Positions 10,588-22,611 of a stretch of DNA of 64,000 bases are shown in pieces. The notes under the pieces are model-generated. The model made no database searches and was not told the DNA's origin. It worked only from the letters and a program-made list of their open reading frames with translations. The stretch comes from Epithemia pelagica (Eukaryota > Protista > Bacillariophyta), in assembly GCA_946965045.2 (NCBI GenBank), contig OX337233.1, forward strand, positions 744,001 through 808,000, in the 5' to 3' direction. The stretch's first letter is position 1, and each line of letters starts with the position of its first letter. A program made the position numbers and the translations under genes.

Positions 10588-11922
10588 CTAGACAAAAAAG
10601 CTCGAGGTGGAATCCGTTTCCATGGCCATCCACGAACTGCCAGCCGCTTGACTGCTCAAGGCCAAGGAATGATCTTGACTGTGATCGACAACGACACTGG
10701 CCACGTGTTGTCCAAAGACTTGACACGACGTAGTCGTCGTATTTGTATTTGTCGTTGTATTGGAACTGGACAGGGCCGGCAAGGGACGCGCGACATCCAT
10801 CATTTCCACATCCTGGTCCAGGGGATCAACGGTACTTGTCGTGGAGGGTGTCAGTACATTTCGTTGCGATTGCACGCCATTGGCATGCACTTGTGGGTGT
10901 TGTGGAGGATGGGGTTCGTGTCCCGACGAGGTCAAGCGTGGTTCCGAGGCTTGGCGTCGTGCTTGTGCCGGCACACGTTGGGGTTGCGATCCTCGCCAGG
11001 ACCGCGGACGCCAACTCCGCGAGGACCACGACGACGACGACAAGTCACTGGGACAGGCATCGGCCGTGACATTGGTACTATTCCGGGCCGCCGAATTCTT
11101 GCGAGACCGCTTCTTGTTGTTATTGTTGTTTCCGGCAAACAAGTTTTTGAAGGAGGACGACGCCGATCCCACCAGTCCTCGTTGGGAAGAAGAAGAATTC
11201 GTATTCGTTTGAGCCGATTGTGGCTGTTGTGTTGCCGCAGCAGCAGCTCGGTCCTCATCGTGATTCTTATTATTCGTAGTAGTATTCTTGTTGGATCGAA
11301 ACAAGTTGCGAAGTGGATTGGTCGTGACCTTGGCCGTATTGCGAGCCGACAAGGCTTCTCGCATGGCATTGCCCACTTTTTCCCGCGTTGCGACATCGCC
11401 CAATTCACACCAGGTTCCATTGGGCAATTGCTTGACAAATTTACTTTCACTGCCGCCATTGTTTTGTTGCACTTGCTTGGCAATGAGTTCCAGGACGGCC
11501 GTCTTTTGCGGTTTGGTCGTTTGTTGGGCATACAAGTCCACGTGTTGTTTGACGACGGTCCGGAAGCGGACATTGCCGGCACAATTGTAATAGCCACGAC
11601 CTCGACCACACACGACATCGTGTTTGCGAGGTTCAAAGCCGTCCGGTAAGGGCAAATAGTCACTCACCACATGCGATACGCCTTGTGGCACGTCCACTTG
11701 GTACTTGGCCAACCAGGTCTCGGCTGCGGCACCCGAAGAGGAGGATTCGACGGGTTGTGGCGGTGGTGGAACATCGGAAGAATAGTGTTGTGGATGTTGT
11801 TGCATTGGAGGTTGTGGTTGGAATTGCGAGTGTTGAGGTGTAAGAGACGACGAGGAAGAGGAGCTGGTGGGAGGATCGGTCAAGGACGACATGGGTGTGG
11901 TGGTGGTGGAAGAAACATTCAT
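10588..11922 (-). CDS. DUF6824-type (diatom-expanded) domain protein
   Basis: HDVVCGRGRGYYNCAGNVRFRTVVKQHVDLY...KTAVLELIAKQV...KFVKQLPNGTWCELGDVATREKVGNAMRE, embedded in Ser/Gln-rich low-complexity sequence. Confidence 0.85.
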   Translation of the reverse strand: MNVSSTTTTPMSSLTDPPTSSSSSSSLTPQHSQFQPQPPMQQHPQHYSSDVPPPPQPVESSSSGAAAETWLAKYQVDVPQGVSHVVSDYLPLPDGFEPRKHDVVCGRGRGYYNCAGNVRFRTVVKQHVDLYAQQTTKPQKTAVLELIAKQVQQNNGGSESKFVKQLPNGTWCELGDVATREKVGNAMREALSARNTAKVTTNPLRNLFRSNKNTTTNNKNHDEDRAAAAATQQPQSAQTNTNSSSSQRGLVGSASSSFKNLFAGNNNNNKKRSRKNSAARNSTNVTADACPSDLSSSSWSSRSWRPRSWRGSQPQRVPAQARRQASEPRLTSSGHEPHPPQHPQVHANGVQSQRNVLTPSTTSTVDPLDQDVEMMDVARPLPALSSSNTTTNTNTTTTSCQVFGQHVASVVVDHSQDHSLALSSQAAGSSWMAMETDSTSSFFV

Positions 11923-12983
11923 GCCGAATTCTGCTTCTTTTTTCGTTCCAGCGTCGACAACAACAGCCAGCCAAGAGACTTTCTTCTCTCACAACCCCAA
12001 AATTCAAACAACCCTGGAGCCTTTGCGATATATATCTCTATTGGCGTTTTATGTCGTTGCGCTGTTGTTGTTGTCGTCTTGTTGTTGGAGAGGAGAAGAA
12101 AGCGTTCGTTGTTGTCACTCCCGGTTCTTGTCCCTCCAGGATGCTTCATACAACGATCATGATTGAATCCGCATAATTGAATACCAATCTTACTTGCTCG
12201 GTAGTGTCTTGAGGATCTCGTCGATCTATGCCCCTTTCCGGGGTCCGGTTCGTTCGATCACACGCCGTCGGTGTGACATTACAAATGTGTGATGTTGTGG
12301 TTCAATAAAAAAGTTTAGTGAAATGCTGAGGTGTGACATCTCATCCGTTGAAGGATACGAAGCCGACCTGTCGGAGACGGACCGCGGTACTCAATGCTAG
12401 GTAGTACACAACAAGAATCTACTACAGACGAAGCATGCTATCCCCTACCAAAGAAAACTGCCTCTAGCTACAGAACAGTATCTTTTGGTGGAAGGGTTTG
12501 CCACAGACTTGCCGCCAGAACCATAACGATGACAACGACAAGCAACAATTTCAAACACGACAGCACCTTCCCATTGGGCATGGCTCTTCCTCTTTCTCTT
12601 TGTGGCGCACAAGAATGCCCTGTTTGGGTGTTTGGTTTGGTTCTCCTCCGTTCTGGTAGTACTGCTTTGCTTTGTTTTGGTTCGATAGTTTTGGAACTAC
12701 CTTCTATTCGTATTTCAGTGGGCACTCGAGTCACACCGATTCTGTCTCTCCCCCTGGTATGTTGCTGCTCGCAAGAGATGCCCTAGTAGATCTGGGCCCT
12801 GCTGCTCTGCTGCTGCGCCGTTCATCTTCCTTCCGTGTCTACATACATGGATCCTTGAAGAAAGATCCTTGCTTGTACTCTACTAGAGGGCGACCTCTAG
12901 GAGAGAGAATCAGGACCAGCCCATAAGAAGATCACCAACGGCTCTCTGCTCGAAACTGGGAGTTTTTTTGGGGGGCCTACTAC

Positions 12984-14054
12984 CTAGTATCGTACTTGCA
13001 CCGATTTGGAAAAGTCCAGCAATCCCGTGCCAGTCTCATGTCCACAGGACGTTAGAGTATGAGTGTGAAAGCGTCCCTGTGGATCGTGGCCCTGTTGTAT
13101 CAATTCCTTCCACCAACGCCTCATTTCCGGATTCATATCAATATCATCCAAGACCACTAACCCTTGATACGGACGACCAAGACGACGGGCGTCCTCCTCT
13201 CTTGTTGTTGTCGTCGTTGTTACTGTTCTTGTCCCCATGTCCAACAAGCGCTGCAAAAATTCTCGTTCAAACGGCTGAGTATCCGGCAAGTGTGCCGTAT
13301 CCAAGACAATGAGCCAGGTATTGGAAAAATAGTGGTCAAAGTCGGCTTGGGAGACATTTAAAAGTTGGACCTTGTGAAAGGTAATGTAGACCTGTGCCAC
13401 CGACTGCACCTCCTGCTGCCACTGTTTTTTGGATCGTCCCCGAAAGGCCAATCGACGTTCGTGACTGGAGGGCAAATCAAAGGTCCAAATGGGCACTCCA
13501 TCTTGTCCGGACCCCAAGGCCAAGGACGAGGCGACAAAGCGTGTGCCAATATCCACAATGGGACGACGACGACGATTCGTTCCACAGTGGTTGCTACCCG
13601 TCGTCTCGCCATGTTGACTGGTCAAGGTATGCAACAAGGCATAATGTTCGATTCCAGCGGCTTTGGCCATGTACTCGGAATATTTGGGCTGCGTAAACTC
13701 CAACACCCGTTCCAGGCGTGGAAAATCCGTGTGGCTGCTCTTTCCTTTCAAGGCACCACAGTCAATCACCATGTTTTGTCTTGGCAATTGAGACGAGCCA
13801 TACAGAGCAGGAGGAGGACATGGCGTAGTATCGTTCTCGGGTTGTTGTTGTTGGTGGTGTACAATGTTCCACGTGACGCTTGTTGCATCCGTCAAATGAC
13901 GTGGTGCCTGTACCGAATTCCGAATCACGAGGAGCACGACAGTCGCCCATGCCACTGGAATCATTATTCTGCTGCGAACATGCCAACGACGACCCAAGAA
14001 CAACAACGAGTGCATTCCCCCGTTTCCAGCAGGACAATCATTCTTGTGATCCAT
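12984..14054 (-). CDS. Membrane-anchored class I SAM-dependent methyltransferase-like protein
   Basis: N-terminal hydrophobic anchor, then IVDIGTRFVASSLAL (motif I-like), IWTFDL, LIVLDTAH, VVLDDIDMN...WW and GHETGTGLLDF. Confidence 0.6.
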   Translation of the reverse strand: MDHKNDCPAGNGGMHSLLFLGRRWHVRSRIMIPVAWATVVLLVIRNSVQAPRHLTDATSVTWNIVHHQQQQPENDTTPCPPPALYGSSQLPRQNMVIDCGALKGKSSHTDFPRLERVLEFTQPKYSEYMAKAAGIEHYALLHTLTSQHGETTGSNHCGTNRRRRPIVDIGTRFVASSLALGSGQDGVPIWTFDLPSSHERRLAFRGRSKKQWQQEVQSVAQVYITFHKVQLLNVSQADFDHYFSNTWLIVLDTAHLPDTQPFEREFLQRLLDMGTRTVTTTTTTREEDARRLGRPYQGLVVLDDIDMNPEMRRWWKELIQQGHDPQGRFHTHTLTSCGHETGTGLLDFSKSVQVRY

Positions 14055-16411
14055 GAAGGAATGGCCTCAAAGTAAGTATGATGATTTGATAGATGGAAGC
14101 AACTTTCACGATCACCTCAACGTATCGTATTGAGCAAATACGTAGTAGTGGGTGGATTTTCTACCTCTTCAATTCACAACATGTGTACAAGCAACAAGCA
14201 TCCTCATGGGGAGATATGGAGTCGACTTTGTGTCGGTTGATTCTGGTTGATTTCAAAGGTTGCTCGACTCGACTGAAACCATTGTTGCGAGTCGGCAAGT
14301 CCATCCCATTTATTACAGAAACCCTTATTTAACGGTAAACATAATTTTGGTCTTGTATCATGATCAAAGTTAGTTGCTATGCACAATAATACTCCTAGCT
14401 ACTCCTAGCTAGAGGAGTACTCCTATTAGCAGAGAGTATCACTCCTAAGTTAATCCCTACTACACTTCTTGACGGGAGCAGTACAAGAGAGTGATAGGAG
14501 TACGCTGAAGTAAAGGACAGGAGGAAGAGGAAGGGATGAATTCAGAGGGCTCTAACTCTAATTGCTGTCTCGCGAAAATATAGAGAACCGAGTCTCACAG
14601 TTGTTATTTGTCATATCGACTGGGAGGAGCAGGTGGCCAGTGTCTTTGCCGCATCGTCCTACGATTGTACGATGATCACAAACAACAATGATTCAACCGC
14701 GATGAGAAATATAAAGGTGTTTCTAACGCGCCAAACGAGCACGCACTGCCCATCACGAAAAGCTCACAACGTCAGGGAAAAATCGGGGGTCGAAGAAGCA
14801 CTAAAACCAGAGCTAATGCAGCCATGTCCATTCCATCCACAAGTCAAGCAAGTAGTGTCATCTCTCTCAATATTCGCACGTCGAGTTTTTCGATAGTCGT
14901 TGTCGCATTTGGATCGCATACAATACAACCCAGATCAGGACTCTATTCATGTCGCTTGTACGTGCGCATGACGTGTGGCCTGTCTCACCTGGTTCGTCTT
15001 GCAACGTTACCTTCTCCAATATCACCAACCAAGACAAGGTCCGCAAAGTCACCACTAGTAGTAGTAGTAGTCGGAGTAGTCGTTGATTGTCGCTTGCTTC
15101 TCCCGATTGGGATACAAACAAAAAGGCAAAAACTCATCACACAACAATTTGTCTTCATGAGAGATTGCACACGCTCTCAATACAGTAGAGTTTAGCCGTT
15201 GTGACTTGTTACCTTTATGTAGGACAGAATTGCGTGCTTCCAGCCAGCAGAAACAAAAACACACTGTCTTTCTTGAAAACGAAAGATGACAGATTGTCCA
15301 ATGTTGTCCCAGCTGAGCAATGAAAGTCAAGATTGGTTCACCTCACTCACTTCATTGTCCAGAAACAAAAGTTTTATCATTGCGATGACGAGCCACGTCC
15401 ATCTTCCGTCATGACATTTCCTCCCTTCTTCCCGTCCCTTGCAGCTGGTTTGCTTTATGGTTGTTGTTGTTATGGTGCAAGGTGCAAAGCGCAAAAGTGT
15501 GCTCGACAAAATGTAGCAATCTCATTCACACTTTATAGTAATGTACATCATCTTTACTGTACTCTGAGAAGGGAATACCTAACAATTTTTACCTTCATTC
15601 ACATCCATTCACAGTTTGAGTCACACATGGACGAGATTTCCACGTGACCAAGTGGGAAACAAAGGATTCCGAGAACCGAGGTCGCGGATAGCACGCGCGC
15701 AAGAAAAATGTGGCGACAATGGCGACGGAGACCGACAAACAAGAGAATGACAGTGAAAAGTGGACCCGAACAGTGCGCCTCCTCCATGAGACTTGTCAAT
15801 GGTAAACGAACCAAACCACAGTATCTGTCGTAGACGACGTTAGAATATTTTGTACGCAGAATGTATGCATCGAGAGAAGCGATGATTAAAGACAACATCC
15901 ACGAAGAATCTCATGAGAGATCAACCAACTTTAGAGTACAACCACTCTTGTGTCTATCGAAAGATATGATGGCCATAGCGCTACCATGATTTCTTCCTTT
16001 TGTACACAAAAACTTGTTTCCAACTCTCACCTAAACCGCACGGAAACGTGATGACTTTACCATTACGCACAAAAAGTTCTTGTACATACGAAAAACATGG
16101 ATTTTCTTATTCAAACTTAGAAATGGCCATCAGGTCCGATGAAGATCCCCATTCCCCATCTTCCCACTAAAAGCATAAAAAATGTGATTTCTTCGTTCCT
16201 CGTTCTGGAACAAAAAGTTTTTTTGTAGTCTTCCTGATATCTGGAAGTGTGAAAAAATGTCAAGGCCGACAACAAAATCTTTCCTCTCATGCTGTATCAC
16301 AAACTGCTAAACAAAACCATGCAATACTTCGCATGCGCACAGCGTGTGTCTCCAAGCCTCAGGGTTGCCCTTTATGAACGGAGATCCAGACCTTATGAGA
16401 CTGAGCAGATC

Positions 16412-17818
16412 TCACAAATGTCGGAGAACCACCGATAGCTCATCTTCTACACCCACCATGTCCTCAATCTTTGTTGCATCCGCAAATTGAAGCCATTCCT
16501 CGTCGTCTTCAGTCACATCTTCAATATTGGGCTGTATGACAGAGCCAGCCAGTTGTTGGTGCACAAGTGACGTTGGTGTTGATTCCAGAAGGGTAGAGTT
16601 CGAGTTGTCTTCGTTGTTAGTACAACTACTGGTACGGTAGTGTGCAGGGGGAGTGGACAGTTCCATTTCCGAGAATCCCGATACACGTCGGCCGAACACT
16701 TCAAACGTGGGTGAATGTGAGGGCGGTTCCGCGTGATGGCCATCCACCATGTGCATATCATTCATCATGGTTTCCAAACTGTGGGACAATTCCAATGGGG
16801 ATATGGTCGATGCATCAACAGAAGAAGGATGACATTCCACTGGTGTTGGTTTGGGAGACGGAAAACTTGCGGATCTTGTGTTTGTGCATGGCAAAAGTGA
16901 GAGGGATGAGGAGGACGAAGAACACGTCAACGATGGTACACTGTTTGTTTCGTCTGCTTCCAAACCCAATTCTTGAGAGGAGGGACACTCATAAAAAGTA
17001 CTTGAGGAAAGAGAACTTGTGGAAGAAATGGAACTAGACACGCTGCTCCGACGGCGTTGGGCAACCTTCGAAGAGCGGGCGGCTGCACTTTTCCGTCTAG
17101 AAGCACCAGGGAGACGAAGCAAGGAGGGATTTTGGAGTTTCTGAGTGGTAGCCACGACTTTCTTCACGTTTCTCTGGGAGAGAGCCTCACGGAGGGCACC
17201 TCGCACTTTTTCTCGCGCCGCAACTCCATTTAGTTCGCACCACGTTCCGTCCGGCATTGGCTTTATAAAGCGACAACCCAACTGTTCTTTTGCTTGTTGC
17301 ACAATCCATTCCATAAGGGCCATTTTGCCAGCCTTGGTCTCCTGACTGATGTACGATTCCACATGTTGCTTGACAAAGTTTCGAAATCGGACATTGCCGG
17401 CGCACTTGTAAAAACCGCGTCCACGACCACACACAACGTCTTGTTTCAAAGGCTTGTAATCAATAGGAAGAGGAATGAGACCGTCGGGGAGGTTCACTTG
17501 GTGTTTGGCGGATCGCGCAGAATTGGCGACTGGAGCAGTTTTAGACTGTGTAGCTATTGATGTGTTCGCACCATTTCTATCTTGGGTTTTGATCTGTTTT
17601 TTGTAGACAGGGGGCAACACACCATTAGGAATTTGGAACTTGGAGAGCCATGTGTGGTGGGAATGGCAAGTATCGGTAGTGTTTGCCTTATAAGCGTTTT
17701 TGCCCAAGCCCATCAGATGGTGTCTACTGGCTGTGATCAAATGCGCACTTGCAACTCCGTTCATCATCATGGGATGAATCATGTGCTTCGGAATGGGACA
17801 GTCGGTGCGATCTGCCAT
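16412..17818 (-). CDS. Second DUF6824-type domain protein
   Basis: QDVVCGRGRGFYKCAGNVRFRNFVKQHVESY...RFIKPMPDGTWCELNGVAAREKVRGALRE. Confidence 0.85.
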   Translation of the reverse strand: MADRTDCPIPKHMIHPMMMNGVASAHLITASRHHLMGLGKNAYKANTTDTCHSHHTWLSKFQIPNGVLPPVYKKQIKTQDRNGANTSIATQSKTAPVANSARSAKHQVNLPDGLIPLPIDYKPLKQDVVCGRGRGFYKCAGNVRFRNFVKQHVESYISQETKAGKMALMEWIVQQAKEQLGCRFIKPMPDGTWCELNGVAAREKVRGALREALSQRNVKKVVATTQKLQNPSLLRLPGASRRKSAAARSSKVAQRRRSSVSSSISSTSSLSSSTFYECPSSQELGLEADETNSVPSLTCSSSSSSLSLLPCTNTRSASFPSPKPTPVECHPSSVDASTISPLELSHSLETMMNDMHMVDGHHAEPPSHSPTFEVFGRRVSGFSEMELSTPPAHYRTSSCTNNEDNSNSTLLESTPTSLVHQQLAGSVIQPNIEDVTEDDEEWLQFADATKIEDMVGVEDELSVVLRHL

Positions 17819-19717
17819 CTTGGTAAAGTTCTCGTTTTCTGGAAAGATTCACAAAATGGTCGAAGTGATAGAAACAGGATCACTTTGTGCTCTGGCTTGT
17901 CGATGCAAAGGGAAAAAGAGAATCTCTTTGTGAGGAGGGTCTCGACTTCTCATCTCAGTCGCGGCTTTCGATGCACCGGCGAAATGGTCCATCTGAATCT
18001 GATCCGAGTTCCGATTATAGTAGTACTGATTGGGTCTATTGCATGTTTTCTTTTGTATTTTGCATTGGGGATCCGGAATCCAAAAATGTGGCCGTCACGT
18101 TTTGTTACGCAGAGTATCGTGACCAGTGTAGGTAGTTGTTATAGTGGATGGTCGTTGGTCCTTAGTCGTCGCTCGACGACATCTGCTTATCGCCCACGAG
18201 GCTTTGGCCTTCGATTTAACCTTCTTTGCCAGCAGAAGCTAGGGGCATAAGGCATAACGTACAAAAACGATGGATACGTTGAAGTGTGAATGGGAAAATT
18301 TCAATTTTTTCGTCTTGAATTAATAAAGAGGGACTCCACAATATTGTAGTACTCCTCCCGCTAGCTACTCTATACTCTAGCTATCCTTACAACTACCGGC
18401 AGACACAGACACAGACATCTCCTACATCCATGACGAGAGAGAGAGAGAGAGGGTTAAAGTAACAAACAAATATAACTGTGAAACAAACAGGACGACGTGT
18501 GTTGAACAGTGAACAATTATTTGTAAGGAGTATTGCATTTCCCATGATGTATGATCTATGATCATGATTCATGATCATCTCAACAGTCTGCGATGCCGGA
18601 TTTGATCCCTCATTCCTCATTTCAGATGTTTCAGGAGATAGAGAGTACAAATAGCTCTATGCTCATGGGCAGGTTGGTCAAAGCTAGAATTTGTCCGATC
18701 GCTGATCTCGGATCCCCAACATCGGGAACTCCATAGGAAACTTGGGCAGTCCCGTAGGCCGCCTTGATGCACCGTACAATAGACGGGATTCGCCCTCCAA
18801 CCCCTCTCAACCTACGCCCACCATGAAACCTGCCTTTTTCAGAGCTGAGCCCCTCGGAACTTTCTCTCTCCGATCGAGCTTCGGACATGATTTGCGATCA
18901 GGATGAAAGGAATGAAACCCATGAAAAACGAGGCTTTGGGCCAGAAATGCCTACCTAGGATTTCTGGCTTCTTGCAGGACCAACTCTAGGGTAAACCAGC
19001 TTGAAACTACCTTTCTTTCAATACAACTGAAGGATGGCTTTTCCCGAAATTGACGTTTCCTTGTCTCTTCGTTATTATTTGCCTTTCGTGGTCGGCTATA
19101 AAGACACAAGGTTACCTACTCCTAGGAATAGTTTTACGGGAACATCCTAGCTCTAGTATTTCCTTACGGGACGAAGCATCCAAGACTGGACTAGTGGGAA
19201 GCAGCCAGAATCTATATCGCAAGTACTCCTAGCTCTCCAGAACTCGAAGGAGAACGTAGATGTAATGCGTATTCCCATTTTGAGTTTGACAGATGCGAGA
19301 TCCATGATAGACGCATGTTCCTGCTCTGAGAACGATGAAGGGTGCTTCTCTGTCCAGCAGAGGTATCAATTATCAAAGCTTTCTTCATGCAACCAGAGGG
19401 TGCTGCTTCAAAAATCCCATGCTTCGCCTTGTAGGACGTGCTCTCGTAAGCTACAGTCTAGAATTATCAAGGATGAGTTATCTAAAACCTTGAAATTACG
19501 AGTATGTTAAAAATAAAAGACTATATCGTTCTCCTCCTTTGCATCCACGCTCCATCACATGAACGGCAAAATACACAGGGAACAGGTCTCCTCTTGCAGG
19601 TTGTAACCTTTAGATTTCATCGACAAAGATGAAACAAAGAGTTACAACCAACGAATCATCAAATGAGCAAACAGTATGCAAGATACATACAATCATAAAA
19701 AGAAGATCAGAAGGCAT

Positions 19718-21182
19718 TTAGGCAAGACGAATGGTTCGTATCGCGTATCCACTTTCGTCGTCGTACACGTCCAATACGTAGCCAGTGGCTCCCAAGAAAT
19801 CACCAGTTCCACCGGTAATCACCAGGTTTCCTTGATAGGTCGAATCTTGAAAGACACCGGCATATGCTAGGATACCCTTGCAGCCGTACAAGTCGATCAA
19901 AGTACCTTCGCAATGCCACGAGTCTCCCTTGTCCACGCGAGTGCAGAGTTCATTGTTTTGTCCGACACTCTCGCCCATGGGCTTGTCAAAGACGTGACCA
20001 ACGTAGGGCTGACGAAGACCAAAGTCAAAGGATGCAGTACTGAAGTCGACAATGGTACCATCGGGTTCAATGACTGGGCCATCAAACAAATAGGATACGG
20101 AATACTCTTGGCCGAGGCAGGGAGGTACTTCGTACGATCCCTTGCCTTTTCCTTTTCCTTTGCCCTTTCCTTCTCCCTTGCCTTTGCCTTTGCCCTTTGC
20201 CAGGGTAGGTTGTGGAGTAGGCTTGGGAGAAGGCTTGTCGGTTGGGTGAGGGGTAGGCTTGGGAGTAGGCTTTGGCGTGGGCTTGTCGGTCGGATGCGCA
20301 GTGGTAGGCTTTGGCGTAGGCTTGGGAGTAGGCTTGGCAGTAGGATGCGCAGTGGTAGGCTTGGTCGTAGGCTTGGGTGTTGGCTTTGGAGTCGGCTTGG
20401 GTGTCGGCTTTCCAGTGGGATGGGGCGAGGGTTTGGGAGTTGGCTTCGGTGTCGGCTTTGGACTCGGCTTCGGTGTCGGCTTTCCGGTGGGATGCGGCGA
20501 GGGTTTGGGAGTTGGCTTTGGACTCGGCTTCGGTGTCGGCTTTCCGGTGGGATGCGGCGAGGGTTTGGGAGTTGGCTTTGGACTCGGCTTCGGTGTCGGC
20601 TTTCCGGTGGGATGCGGCGAGGGTTTGGGAGTTGGCTTTGGAGTCGGCTTGGGTGTCGGCTTTCCGGTGGGATGCGGCGAGGGTTTGGGAGTTGGCTTTG
20701 GACTCGGCTTCGGTGTCGGCTTTCCGGTGGGATGGGCTGTGGGATGCGGTGTCGGCTTGCCAGTAGGGTGCGAAGTGGGATGCGCCGAGGGATGCGGGGT
20801 CGGCTTGCCAGTAGGGTGCGAAGTGGGATGCGCCGAGGGATGCGGGGTCGGCTTGCCAGTAGGGTGCGACGTGGGATGCTGTGACGGGTGCGGTGTAGGC
20901 ACCTTTGTAGGGCTCTTGCTCGGATGGTCTTCTTTTTTGCCCTTCTTCTTCTTCTTCTTTGATTTTTTCTCCTCTTCCTTTTCTTCTTCTTCCTAAAACG
21001 TTTGCATCGAAATCATGTGAGGTTGGCTGTATATGACGAGAAAATGAAATGACAATGGTTGTCCTTGTTCTTACCTCCACGGGCAATTGGCGGTGCCCAA
21101 ACAAACGGTCCCAACTAGTGGACGATGCCGAAGCAACCACGGCTGTAGAATAAATGATCGAAAGAACCAAGGAAACCTTCAT
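19718..21182 (-). CDS. Secreted His/Lys/Pro/Thr-repeat protein with C-terminal dirigent/AOC-like domain (copy A); exons 21182-21075 and 20992-19718
   Basis: Signal peptide [22 protein letters not shown] (RxL) motif, Glu/Lys cluster [31 protein letters not shown] and [20 protein letters not shown] repeats, KGKGKG, and [15 protein letters not shown] domain homologous to 4193-6112. Confidence 0.85.
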
Positions 21183-22611
21183 TGTGTCTGTTGTTTTTTG
21201 GCACCGAGCTGTCTCAGGTTGCTGCCTTGTAGTTCTTGTTGTGGTTTCGATCTCTTGACCAAGATTGGCTTGGAAGAATTGTGAGCCTTGACTGCGAACC
21301 GAATGAGGAAAGAGGAGGAAGAGAAAGAGATGGATGAGGGCGAGGTGCGTGACGAGAAATCCACTACGACTCGGTATCCTCGGCACAGATCCGCACGCCA
21401 GTGCCACCTCGTCCGGGAGGGAGATCCATGGGTACTACCTTCCCATGAGAGGATGAGCGCCGTATGTCGAATATGCGTAGAAAGTATTTGTATAGAACCA
21501 GAAGTACCAGTTGGTCGTGGTTTATGCATGTGCTTCAGGGCATGCTCGGATTCGGAAGTACGAGACGCATGTCGGTCTTCCCAATGGTCCATCAATAACG
21601 TTCAGAGAACCAAGGCGCGCACAAATTTGAAACAGTCGATCACTTCCGAATCAAGAGAAGGGGGGACGCTCTCGGCAAACGCTGTAAAACGAGGAATACA
21701 CCGACATCCATGTGTGCATGCCCCTTGTTATTGTTAGGAGTGTCGCGATATGAGAAACGGGAGGATGCACATGAGTGTTCGCTTTTTCCTGAACCAGAGA
21801 ACCTTTTGCTTGGCGCCCATGGAGCCGATGAATGGTTTTGGCATCCACTCATTGGATGGTCGATTCATTCGACTTCTCTACCATGAGCAGCTAGCTATTC
21901 AATGACTCTTTCATTCTAGTCGTCGTACCGAATTAGTGGACGGCTTTCTGACAGCCTTTTCATGACAAAGACGGTGACAAAGGGAGGCCAAACTGAGAAC
22001 TGATGTTCCATCCGGCTATCGATTTTCATGGAAAGGCGAGGCTATCTATGGATATAGATAGTTAGATTCAAGGTAGTATGATGACCCACAAGCAAAATAC
22101 TCTTAAAAGCAATTTTTTCGTTTCGTGTTAAGAGCAAGTTTTACCAAACTGCAATGGCAATTATCACAGTAATAGTGGGTTTCTTGTGGTGTGTAGATAG
22201 TTGGGGAGATTCCATGTTATACACTTGAGGAATAATTCCTGAAATCGTTCCTAAACCACATGGTACGGAGCGAAGCTAATATTTTGCAAGCCAACGCGAT
22301 CGGAACGTTGGACCACCATGGTCTTTTGTTTCATACTCTTAACACTTTTCGTGGAAGAATGCAATCTTGGGGTTCAACACACGGTGCGGTCGAGCAAGTA
22401 GTTACCTTTCTTCGAGAGGAGTATACTTCCTTTCCCGGCCTTGTCTTTTACTTCTTGGCACTCTATATACTTGTCCATGTTGGAATTAGGTCGTCAACCG
22501 AACATAACCAGTATCCTAGGTTTCCTCCTCCTTGGGTAGCGTATATTGGCGGTCACCAATACACAAGCCACTGTCGAGGTCAAGAAGCGTGATCTATATA
22601 GGAATAGCATC

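Noticed and set aside
10468-11649. 393-aa plus-strand ORF (also 58855-60516, 553 aa)
   Set aside because: Antisense shadows of the DUF6824 and carboxypeptidase genes, with no motifs of their own.
12238-12387. Possible MITE with ccggggtccg / cggaccgcgg ends
   Set aside because: Only a 9/10 match, no TSD and no second copy.
18393-19330. Short ORFs and a 9-bp hairpin (18940-18968) suggesting a TE relic
   Set aside because: No transposase or RT motifs, no termini and no second copy in the window.
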